NCBI GenBank assembly: GCA_964304625.1
Contig: OZ199839.1
Location: 1,986,093-2,050,092, forward strand
DNA from: Kudoa neothunni
Taxonomy: Eukaryota > Animalia > Cnidaria
Direction of reading: 5' to 3'
Length of the DNA stretch: 64,000 nucleotides
Numbering within the stretch: the stretch's first letter is position 1; each line of letters begins with the position of its first letter. This document shows positions 27,675-38,825 of the stretch, piece by piece. A program made the position numbers and the translations under genes. The notes under the pieces are model-generated. The model worked only from the letters and a program-made list of their open reading frames with translations, was not told the origin of the DNA and made no database searches.

Positions 27675-29737
27675 TTAATCATGTATGAGTCTGACAAAAA
27701 AATAAAATTAAAAATTCACGGTTAAAGTAATAACATAAGGATTTAATGATTTCGACAAATTTTTTATGTTTACGCATCATCAGTGAGCTGACGGCAATCC
27801 GGTTCGAACGCTGTTAATGCTATACGGATTAGTTCCGCCAGGCGTTTGTTTATGAGGAAGGTATCAGCGATGCTTCGATTTTACAAACTTCATCGTTGAA
27901 TAATTAGACTCACAACAATAAGTTATTCCAGAGATAGAAACAGGTTTGAGACAAATCTCTTTCCATTTTGAATGTTTAGTTTCTGGAACATATTTCCAAA
28001 ATTCGCTTGGTTGATTGGAATTATGAATCACCTTTAAAGCTTTTATTCTCCCGATATCTATCACATCGGTAATGGATAAACATTAATTCTAATTGTATTT
28101 CCTAATAAAACTAGTAATAATTCTAATTTGAATCAACTGTTAAAACTGTATGGTAGTTCGTAACTATGTTTTCTAATCAAAAATATTTTCTAGTTTATGA
28201 TTAAAAATTTCATTTCTTCATTTGATTTAACAGTTTAAACTTTTTACTTTTCTGAATTAATGTGCTGGTTGAATTAAAAAAAATTCAGCTAAGAACCTTT
28301 TTTTCAAGAGCCACACCATAACTTTCAAAAAACCATGGTTTGGCCACCCCTGATATATACCAATGCCATATTTAAAACAAAAATATTTTAGGTTATTTAT
28401 TAATAAATTCTTTAAAATTAAGTTAAGCATCCAGTTGTTATATAAATTTTTACTAAATCTGAACGTATGCTTTTATGTATATTAAACGTACATTAATTAT
28501 TGATTATTTAAAAAGGCAGATTACTCCTCTGTAGACGTGTAAAAACTGCCATAATTACGTACTGTTTTCCCCCAAGTCCCATATTCTTAGTTAATAGATA
28601 TGTCAAAATTTTTAAGTGGCAGAAATTAAAATACTTTATTTAGTAAATAGTAAAAATTGTTGATAAATCAAGTAAACAATCAAAATAAGCAAAAAATTCA
28701 AATAAATACACGCGCGTGAGATATTGTTTATGATCGATTAACCGAAACCTTGCTATCTGGAAAAAAATCGCTGGTCCAAAATTTTTCGGATAATCGAGGT
28801 TTAACTATATATGTATTTACTTTGATATAACTTTAATCTCATTTTAACACGATTTATTGTGCTAAAAATATTGTGTACTAAAATAAAAATATTATAAGGA
28901 TTAGACGTCTTGTTTACGATTTACCAAAATATTGGCACTAGTTTGTTTACAAGATTGACTCCCGGACACAGCTTATTAGGTTATGGAGTTACTGCTGGTT
29001 AGATTAACTGCGTAAACGTTATGGGCACCACAAGATGAGTGTAATCTTCCTCCTTATCCTTCTGTGATAATACAAGAGTTTGGCCCACTATGCACCCTAG
29101 TTTGTGTGAAAGCCAAAACTACAACCACAATCCGTTAATACTTTGACTCTACATAAGCGCTTCTCCCTTCATTTTAGTTCCCGCACCCCTTCTCAAAAAA
29201 GAAATTTAAAATGGATTTATTTTTAAGTGGAGAAAATATTTTTATTAAAATTACATTAAAAAGGCCGTATATGTTAACAAGAAAACAAATGTTAATAAAA
29301 TAAATAAAACTGATAATAAATTAAATGTTTTAGACTATCATTAGGTCAAAATGGTGCTCTCTATCAGATAAAGATATGAATAAATCATAATTTTTAAATG
29401 AACTATATATATTAATATTTTTGTGAAAAATATCAGATATGAATAGTTGAGCTTACGCGAAATAGTGGATTTTTTAGTTTTTTGTTTAATTATATATTTT
29501 AAAATTTAATGAGGAAAATAAATGTGAACCAATCTCGAACGCGAAGTTTTAATTAATATAATTTTTGAGTGAAAATTAATTCTAATTTGAAGTATAAAAA
29601 TTTAAAATAATTCAACAAGAAAAATAAACAACTCAATTCTGACGCTAATTAAAGTTTAATTCTTGCTTGCTTTATGGTTTACTTAAAAAATAAATGATAA
29701 AATTTTTAATGATTCAGCCTTTTTAGAACACTTTTAA

Positions 29738-30950
29738 CATTTGTACGTATATCCAGGGTCCAATGGACCCGATTCGGGATTGTTTCACAAATTGTAGCAC
29801 TCTCAACATCGTCTAAAAAACGAAAACCTGTCTAGCTGCTCAAAAGTTTGTTCTATATTTTTTATTTCGTTTATATCATCTAATAATTTATGTATGATTT
29901 TTTATTTCTATTTAAATAAAAAATTTTTGGTGCACAACAGGGTCCAATGGACCTTGTTGAATAATTAAACAATTAACATGCCAAAAGGAATTCAAAATCT
30001 AAAATGAAAAATATATGTTGTATAAGCTAATCTGAATATTACGATGTTTATTTAAAAAATAAAATAATTTTTAGTTATTTCCTTCCATGCACTTTAAAGA
30101 AAGAATTATTTCTTATTCCATTCTGCGTTATGTAATTTTAGTTATATTCTTAAATTTTATAATGGGTCTAATTATGGGCACTTGTAAATATTTATCAAAA
30201 TTAATGCTTAAGTATAATAACAGATTAATCTTTTGTCGACCTCGTGTAACGATTATAGTTGTGCATTATGTTTTCCATTAATGATACAATCAAAATGATT
30301 AAAAAACCCAGAAGATTCGACACTGTAAGGAGGAGAACTCTCAGATGGCCACTCACAATATTTTACAATATCCTTGACATCGCAGGTTACAAGTCAATGA
30401 TTGTGTATTGAGATAAATACAAGGAATTTAAATTAAAAAACAAAAATCGAATAAGACGTCAATATTTACAAAATTTAATGCATGAGATTGTTGAAAAGTA
30501 CGCTAACGAAAAAATTTATCTTCCACTTGCATTATCGCCGAAGTATGATAGGAGGGGTGACAAGGGAAGATGCCATTTTTCCCCGTACTAGAAGCATGTA
30601 AAAACAAAGACAATCTGCTCTAAATGCGGAAAAACGTGTGCGAACAACATTATTCTGTTCAATGTTACATATATAATTAATTATTTTTGTTTATTATAAA
30701 TCCAATGATTTGGATGAGTTCTTCAATGTTGTCATTGTTTTTATAATGACGTTGTGTTTTTCTTGAAATTTCTGCAGGTTGGCTATAAATCATTATATTA
30801 TTTATTTACAAAAGCTTAAAAATGAATTTTTTTTGGTTTCTAGAACATTTATTAAACACTACAAAACATAAAATCTCATTTTACGAACAGGGTCTATTGG
30901 ACCCTGTTGTGCAGTAGTGTAATATTTTTGTACGTACGTACGTACTAGTG
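29738..30950 (+). mobile_element. Internally deleted piggyBac element
   Basis: TTAA|CATTTGTACGTA ... TACGTACTAGTG|TTAA. CAGGGTCCAATGGACCC-type palindrome three times. Remnant 'TVRRRTLRWPLTIFYNILDIAG' and Cys-rich tail at 30320-30650. Confidence 0.85.
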
Positions 30951-32077
30951 TTAAATCGCTCTTCTTTTTAATTATTTGTAAATATTTTATAATTTATTAC
31001 GTTGGACCGTTTCATATTTGAACTGAATAATTTATTTATGAATGTCCAAGAAATAAATTCTCATTTTTATTTCATATACTAATAAATAGAAAATAGTAGA
31101 TTGAGAAAAAATTAACTTTCAGTAATATTCATCAAATGACTATTTGTTTATCAGACTTATTTCAGCTTCAATTACATACGAATCGTACATGATATATTTT
31201 CGAGAGAGATTCTGATTACTTAGAATCGATACATTATGTACAAAGCATTGTTTGCAGTACAGTTTTTTCGCTGACTATAGATGTGAGTCTCGGACCTCCA
31301 ACAACTGTCTACTGGATCCATTGGGAGTCTGAGAACCCCAATCGGGAAGCCCTGCTTAAGACGATCGTCTGCCAAACTTGCATTTGCGTTATTTTATAAA
31401 TAAGCTTATTGGTGATTTTTTAACTCCAAAATCTTAAATATTTGATAAGCAAATTAATTGAGTATTCGCTATGATTTCAATGTATTAATATACATATGAG
31501 AATAATAATGTCAAGTATAGTGTTTTAATAATGTGATAAATAACTAATGTACCGTGTGTAATTTCTTTCGAGCATAGTTACAAAATATTTATCCGCCATC
31601 GAGTTTAATCATAGAAAATTCTTCTTATATAAACTATTAATAGATAAAGGTGACATGAATTTCTCATTTAAGATAACATGAATTGGTAAAGGAATATTCA
31701 TCATGGAAATTGGGGGTTTAAAAAATCAACTCTGGAGACTTTTCCAAGTATTGAAACTGCTCGATGTATGAAATATGCATTTGTAAATTTTTTATTGAAG
31801 GACAATTATTTTTTCGAACATCCACAAGAATTCAATTATAATCCACAATATTATAAATAGGGATTAAGAAAAATTTATTTAGAGCAAAAGGAACAAAAAA
31901 TTGTGTAGTATTTCGTTAATATATATTCGAAAATATTCTGAAATTTATAAGTGAAATAAATACGTCTTTAAAATTTGGGTAAACCCGAAATTTTTTTGCA
32001 GATAAAAGAAAGGCAGAGAGCTGTAGTTTACCATAATAACATAACATGCGCAAACATCCCGCGTTAAAAAATTGCTG

Positions 32078-32969
32078 ATGTCTAGTGATAGTGACCAGAT
32101 TGTGTGTGATTTCGTAGTTGTTACATAGTTAAACCAATATTTCAGATACCAAAAATAATGGCTTCTCTCATTAAGCTTCATCAAAGGAAAACAGTAATTA
32201 AAATGTCAGATATTCGGCAGTTAGCCCATGTATCAGATGATGTTTCAGCTAAAAGGTTCAAAAAATTTATAGATAAAGCTAGCGAGGAGTTAACAAAAGT
32301 GAAAATCTATTTAATTTTTTCGTTGGGTTTTGATATTTCGTTTATTTTATGCGTAGACATTGGGTTATGAATTGTGTTGTTTGAGACGGTTTCAAAAACC
32401 TAATTGTTATCTCATGGTCAATAAATTGTGCGATAATCTATTGGAACATGTGAATAACAAGATGTAACTGGATTTCAACCGATTTCGTCAATATGTTTGA
32501 GGGTTTAGGGTGGTGGAATTTTATCAACTGCTCTACTGTGTGCTGGCTATTATAACAATGTGTGCAAATGCTGTGAATGAAGTCACATTGGAAAACCAAC
32601 TACGAACCTTAGTTAACCATCCTGAGCTCTTCCAATTCTATTGTAATGGAGGAGAACAGTGTAAATCAGTTTCTGAAAGAAGCTAACAAGCAATTATACC
32701 TTCGAAAAGTTGTCGAACTCACCGACGACACGAGAACTGTGTGCTACGAATGGGGATGCCGTTCTATTTTGGAAATAAAGCGGTTGGATGTTTTGCAATT
32801 CGTTTCCAAAGTAATGGATTAGTCTGAACGATAAAATAAAAATTAAGCTGGCCTAATACTGGTCGTTAGGTATACAATGTATATGAAACTTTGGGGTGAA
32901 TTGTATAAGAAATGTATTCAATTGGACCTTGAGGAGTCAAATCAACGTCTAACAGATGATCGTCAATGA
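32078..32969 (+). CDS. NSMCE3: MAGE-family protein / SMC5/6 subunit Nse3 homolog
   Basis: Spliced: 'IKMSDIRQ...FIDKASEELTKTLGYEL...YLMVNKL', 'LLYCVLAIITMCANAVNE', 'KQLYLRK...YEWGCRSILEIKRLDVLQFVSK', 'LWGELY', matching the MAGE homology domain pattern. Two frame junctions are ambiguous. Confidence 0.85.
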
Positions 32970-34029
32970 TGGAACGAATTAAATTTTTAAATATGCCTTT
33001 TGATATTTAAAGTCTATTTTTAGTAGCGTGGGATTGTGCTTAATCTAATTAAATTAGATTTCATAACAATTGGTCGTTGATTATTTTCCGAATTTTAAGT
33101 AAATTCAGGACCGTAGGCTCCATATTTTTATATTATTTGAATTCAATACAGCCCCTTAAATCTTGTTTTTCAATTGTTTACGAAATTACGGTTGTATTGA
33201 TTAGTTAGATCATTTATTAATGAAAATAAAATGAAAATAATGAAGAAATATTCATGATTTGATTATTATGTTAGATAAAAAAGTGTATAATATTTCAAAT
33301 ACGCCTCACGTTGAGGTAGTTAGCACGTTTTCTTTCAGCTGTTGGCTCGATATTGCATATCACTCATTTATTATTGACACCTCTTGATTGTATTAGGTAT
33401 TTGGTCGGATTTCATGAGTAATTGAACCATTATGCTGCATTATTCCATCATTTTTGAAAGAATTCTATCTTTAATAAGTGCCATAAAGATAAAATAAATT
33501 AAATCACTGAAAATGAAATGATTTAATTGTTTACAGCTTGTGTACCAGTTAATTAGGCGAAAAAGTAAGACGCGCATCGTATAACTAACATCCCACGATA
33601 AAAATTAAGGAGGGAGCAATGGTGCTGTGAGTCAAAGATATTTAATGCGCTTATATCAAGGGTTTCCATATTATTTTGATAATAAAGTCATATTCAGGCG
33701 TTGTTATTGCCCCATGGCCGTAACAAAACTAATTCTCGTCGCTGCTTCGTTTTCATGTAAAATTTAGTGGAGATTAAATGTCCAGACCGGGGTGTAAATT
33801 ATTGAACACCATGGTTGAGTACAGAAATATTATGCATACAATAAACTCGGTATTGCGTAATTCGTTATATTTTAGCATATTCTCCGATTATTTTTATCTT
33901 GGTAAGGAGGGAAATAATAATACAATAAGGAACCAATTTAACGCACTTTTTTCTTGGTCCCTAGGAAATCAAGTGAAATTGAGTTTTCACTGTAACGTGT
34001 ACAAACCCATTCAGCTGTTTGAGCATTAA

Positions 34030-34933
34030 CCCTCTAGGCTAGCGAAAAATTGCATCGTCTAACGGGCTTGAGGTGAAAAACACCCCAAGCTTTTTTTGCT
34101 TAAATTTGCACAAAAAATAATTTTGAATTTGCTTGAAAATTTTTAATAGATTCTATCTATAGAATCTGAAGTATATTTACATTTGTTACAAAATTTAATT
34201 TGGTCCGTTATGGTTCGGTTCAATTTTCGTGGATTATTTTCAACGAATAATAAGGCTTCGCGTTAAGTAATGTCAAAAACAAGTAATTACCCAACTCATG
34301 ACTGAGGTAGGGAGTGGACATCATAAAAAATTCACTGAAAGCACTCATCTTAATTCACCCACCAGAATGATCCTACTAGTTCAAGCTCGCTTAAATAATC
34401 CCATTTTTCTACATAACCCAAATTAGCGCATAATTAAAATGAAATCTCCGAGGAAGTATTCTTCAGCGTTATAATTCAAAAATAAACTTTTGTTAGTTAT
34501 TAAAAGCTGATATATGCGACATAATCGATGCTCCTCCGTCCATCTGATAGGAGAACCTCAATATTATACCAACGGAAACTTTCGAGTGATCGACGAAAGA
34601 ATGCCGCATTGAATTAGATGGAATATTAATTGCAGATTTTCATGGAAATTTATCGATAGATTTTTACAGGAGTTTCTCATTTAATTATTTATAATTTTCT
34701 AAGTTAATATAAATAAAGAAAACTTTGGAGTGTTTTTCATCCCAAACACGTTAGAGGATGGAATTTTTTTGAGCAGGACCTGAACTTATATTTTAGCCAA
34801 ATTTTTGATATGTGGAACGTCTAATAAATATAAGAGAATAGCGTAAATTTAAACTTTCTATGAGCAGGTCGTCGAATTTTATACCCAGATTAAATGTGGT
34901 TTGGAGTGTAATACATCCAAATCCGTTAGAGGG
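34030..34933. mobile_element. piggyBac MITE
   Basis: TTAA|CCCTCTAGG ... CGTTAGAGGG|TTAA. Subterminal TTGAGGTGAAAAACACCCCAA / TTGGAGTGTAATACATCCAA repeats. Confidence 0.85.
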
Positions 34934-37161
34934 TTAATGACGACAAAACATGTTCTGTATATGGCGATACAATAATTAATCGATTAAATAGTTAAAATTT
35001 TAAATTTCCAGGGAAAAATCGAAAATATTAAGAGGTAAGTCTTTGAACACCACGATATATTTAGGCCATTAATAGAATTGTATCGTCTTACAAATCACAC
35101 GAGGGCGCAAGTTGTGCATAGTTTATGATCAGGGTTTGTAATTTTCGACAATTTTTATCAATTCTTATTTTTTCTAAAATAAGAATTTACAAATTAATAG
35201 AATGTAGAATTTTAATTATAGTGGGCCATTAAAATCGAGTTGTTGAGCATTGTTAGGCGTTCATCACAAAGATTGATCCTTTCTTTTCAAAATATATTTC
35301 GCAAATTTTGAGAGACTCATATCAACATTAATAGGAGAATTGATAGCGTCAATATATTTTGACAAAGTTTCGAAAGAATGGGACAAGCATTCGACGCTTT
35401 ATTCCAGGAATCAATATTTAAGGTTCGATTTGAATCTTTATCATTTTACATAACATGTAATACTCTTTATTGACCTCGATTTTCTCTTTACCTTCTAAAA
35501 AGTAATAAAGATATTTAACATTTAATTTATCAATAGTAAATGGAGTGTATGGATCAATATATTTTACGTCTGAAAAATTTAAAGAGAAGGAAAAGTTTCC
35601 TCAAATTTTTGAGTATTGATCGATTAATTTCTTTTATTTGTGGCATGACACAAATTTTCACATTAAAATATCAAATTATTTCAAAATTCAAATTGAATAA
35701 AACCAACAATATCATTATTATTTTTGATCAAATTATCTCCCATAATTACAAAGTCATCCTTTATCAAATCAAAAATCTGAGATGTAAAATTCTCGTTTGT
35801 TTCTATTTATTTTGAAAAACCACACAACGTAGTAAGGGCGAGCATCAATTAAAAAATTTAATGATAAGTTAGGCATATAAGGCCATCAGATTGTATCTCC
35901 AAAAATTCGTTAAGTCCTTTGCAAAATTTACAGACAGGTGAATCCTTAATGGCTTCAAAATCGTTCCATTCTACCAAATAATTAGTCAATGCACATCATT
36001 TACATCCCATTTTCAAATGTTCCTTTTCGGCAGCAACCTATTTTATCGATTTAACAAAAATAAAAACCGACTATTTTCCTCCAATTAGATGGTTTAAGTT
36101 GATCGAAATCGATTTTAGACGAAAATAGCCACCCTATTTATGATTAATTATAGATATTAGTTTTATAGAGACGAATCTCAGAGTTACCTTTGATAAAATT
36201 TGTACTTTATAGTTTTAAAATTATCTACTAAACAATTTTACATTAGGCAAACAGAAACGCCTGCCGGCCACATTAAAATTGTCTGTGGGTCGTGGCTTGG
36301 AGATCCATGCGATAGAGTAAAATGGAACCTACTAGATTCTAAATTCGAGAACATGGGTTACTATCTTTAATTAATAACTTATACCTTATTTGGAAAGTGT
36401 GAGTAACACGACCAAAGATTGAAAGAGCAGTGTACGGTACCAAAAAGAAGAAGTAGTTTCTGAGAGTTCAGCATAACGATCTTTATACCTCTTCTTTATT
36501 TGAACTAGGCCTTATTCCTAGTCAGCAATTATTATTATTTGGTGAAAAATGCGTCTTTATAAGTATTATAAAGTGGGAATGTCGAGGAAAAAAGACAAAA
36601 GCGTGATGACCGTTAACTTGAGCCAGCTCTATGAATGAATTGGTGTCATGAGGTCACCGATACTTCATGATTCAGAAAGCTTGTAGATTCTATTATTTAT
36701 TCTTTTGAATTATTCATGAAAGTAAAAAGGTGATTTTCCTTCCATCGACATATATCTGTTCAAAATCAAGATGGCTACATTCTAAACTCAAAATATTGTA
36801 ATACATACGTAAATTGGTTTTTATTCATTACATAACAAAAACATTAAATAAATAACTATTAAATTTATCCTAAAAAGAAATTTTGGCGATAATTTGATCA
36901 GACAAATATTCAGACTTAACCTTACTTTTATGCTAAAAATCATTTCTCGGCGCTGTTGTTCAAATTTCAGTTGAAGAAAGTTTTATTAATTTACAACTAG
37001 TATCAATATCAAATAAATTTTCAAAAATAATTCCGATATCAATTTTTTTTGATCAACAAAATTTAAGTAAATGAGATTTGATTGTATATATCATATTTAT
37101 AAGCATTACAATGTGTGAGACTTTAATAAGAGGGTTTTACTAAATAAACTTTGATAGATAC

Positions 37162-37291
37162 TGTAACACAAGGCCCGATATGGGATCCGAACTTGCGCCA
37201 TTTGCATTAAAAAGCGGTGTGCCATACCGCACTGCTCTCGATCGCGCATCTATGACTGAAGGATCAAAATCCTTATAATCCACATGTTACA
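37162..37291. mobile_element. 130-bp solo-LTR/TRIM-like element with TGTAACA...TGTTACA ends
   Basis: 7-bp perfect inverted termini and 5-bp TSD-like GATAC / GATAT. Contains a tRNA-derived core. Confidence 0.65.
37172..37247 (-). pseudogene. tRNA-Lys(UUU)-derived sequence
   Basis: Acceptor stem GCGCGAT/ATCGGGC (6 of 7 pairs), anticodon-loop-like CTTTTTAA, B-box GTTCGGATCC. T and anticodon stems are degenerate. Confidence 0.65.
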
Positions 37292-37421
37292 GATATTAGC
37301 TACAATTTAGGTTGTTTATGATACGGCGGGAACAAGTAGGAAGATTTTAAAGCGTTATGCCGACGCAACAGTAACCTAACATTGCGTGCGCATATTGTTC
37401 ACACGCTCAATCCTTGCAATC

Positions 37422-37882
37422 ATGTCTAGAGTTGCTAAATACTCTAATAAGAAAGTGATGGTCCAGCCATTCGTATATTTTTATACATTTTCGGTGAATA
37501 AACTTTTCTGATTATAACCGTTGCCATTTCTAGTGTTTAGTGTTCCGATTCTTCCAAAACGTGATTTTTATTTGACCGCACTTATTTTTCATGCCAGATG
37601 ATGTAATACTCATATTATTTATGTGTTTATAGAGTTCGAAAATTCAACTGTGGCTGACAGACAATCCACATATTAGATATGAAGGAATTATATTGGTAGT
37701 TGCTGTGTGTTATTGATGATTGGTGTGATGTTGGTTGATGGTAGGGATTTGACGAGTACATGAATATTGTAATCCATGACTGCGAGGAGTTACATTTGAA
37801 AACCAACAAAAGAGTCTTTCTCGGGAAAATCATGCTCAAAGGTGACAATATTGCGCTAGTTAGAGAAATCTCTTCACGATAA
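37422..37882 (+). CDS. SNRPE: Small nuclear ribonucleoprotein E (SmE), 4 exons including a 27-nt microexon at 37534-37560
   Basis: Spliced [34 protein letters not shown]...[45 protein letters not shown]. Not present in the ORF track. Confidence 0.95.
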
Positions 37883-38575
37883 CAATCAATTTATCTGACT
37901 GATTGCGTGACCAATTTATTATTGATAGCAATTAATGTCTGTCAATATATAATAACATTTTTCATGTATTAGCATTACTAATGGTTTCAAGTGTTGTATA
38001 TGGTTTGGTTTTTGACTCTTTGTTTCGCCAAAAATTTGTTATTATTGCTGAAACCAACTTCTTTTATCGCTTGGGGTTACAACAATATGTATGAGGTGTA
38101 TCTATCCAACTTATGAATTTAATACTAAGTGACATGTTCATGTTTGTTTGCGTGAACTCTCATTTTTAATATCTGCGACTCTCATTCGTAAATTGGATGA
38201 TCAAGTTTTTTGCATTTTCTGTTCAGCGCGTGTACTCTAGAGTTGATTAATAAATAGAGGTCGTAGTTTTTAGATCAAAATTGAAAAACATCAATTTGTT
38301 TAAATTAACGCTTTTATTTTCGCATTAAAAAGTGATCAATCGTTTGTTACTTGTTTTATGAGGGGGAAAATAAAAATTGAAAATATGCTGCTGAATGGTT
38401 AGATTTAGAAATTTCGGACGACATTTTATTAGCGAGTTACATAAGCTCTATTTTCCTCTTCAATAGAACAGAATTATGGGGCAAATTGGTCCAAGAAGAC
38501 AATGTCCATCAATCCAATAGATTAGCATCGTATGTTAAATAAATTTATTTACATTTCATATACACCTTTATGTAA

Positions 38576-38612
38576 TATTAGCGCAAAAGCCCCGCTTTGC
38601 GATGGCTTGCTT
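38576..38612 (-). mobile_element. Possible Helitron 3' end (hairpin + CTAA/T)
   Basis: Minus strand reads CCATCGCAAAGCGGGGCTTTTGCGCTAAT: a GC-rich hairpin followed by a CTRR-like terminus. Confidence 0.35.
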
Positions 38613-38825
38613 GCACAGCCAAGTAGACTAACACCTGGCACAGACTAAGGCCTTTTTGATTTTTAAGTAAATAGCGCTAATGCCCAGTTTTGCCTGATAC
38701 AGTGTGATGGAAAATTTTAACTTTTAATTTTATTTTTGAATGGAGAAATTCTACGGAAGAGTTCATCTATTCAGCACTTTAAACCCTGTAAATTTTATTT
38801 TTCTATTTTAATTTATGCATTTTAA

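Larger units (their letters stand above)
24618..28352 (-). mobile_element. hAT element (GTF2IRD2/EPM2AIP1-like) remnant
   Basis: TIR CAGGGGTGGGCAGAC / GTTTGGCCACCCCTG, 8-bp TSD GTATATAC / ATATATAC. ORF 27864-28064 is a hAT dimerisation domain ('EFWKYVP...ITYCCESNYSTMKFVKSKHR'). Confidence 0.88.
24506..28807. mobile_element. pogo/Tigger-like MITE, copy 3, split by a hAT insertion
   Basis: TA|CAGTCGAACCTCGATTATCCGGA ... TCGGATAATCGAGGTTTAACTA|TA. Segments 24506-24617 and 28353-28807 match copy 2. Confidence 0.85.

Noticed and set aside
30929-30946. (TACG)n microrepeat or CRISPR-like repeats
   Set aside because: Part of a piggyBac terminus; there is no repeat-spacer array anywhere in the window.
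33788-35053. Possible Tc1-like MITE hosting the 34030-34933 piggyBac
   Set aside because: The terminal match (CGGGGTGT vs CGTGGTGT) is too short and the TA TSD is unclear.
37172-37247. Functional tRNA-Lys gene
   Set aside because: T-stem and anticodon stem do not pair, and the sequence is embedded in an element with LTR-like termini.
37627-37848. 73-aa minus-strand ORF
   Set aside because: Antisense shadow of the SmE exons.
38595-38630. Resemblance of GCTTTGCGATGGC...AGCCAA to the U4 snRNA 5' end
   Set aside because: The rest of U4 (5' stem-loop, central region, 3' stems) is not recognisable; a Helitron-like hairpin end explains the sequence better.
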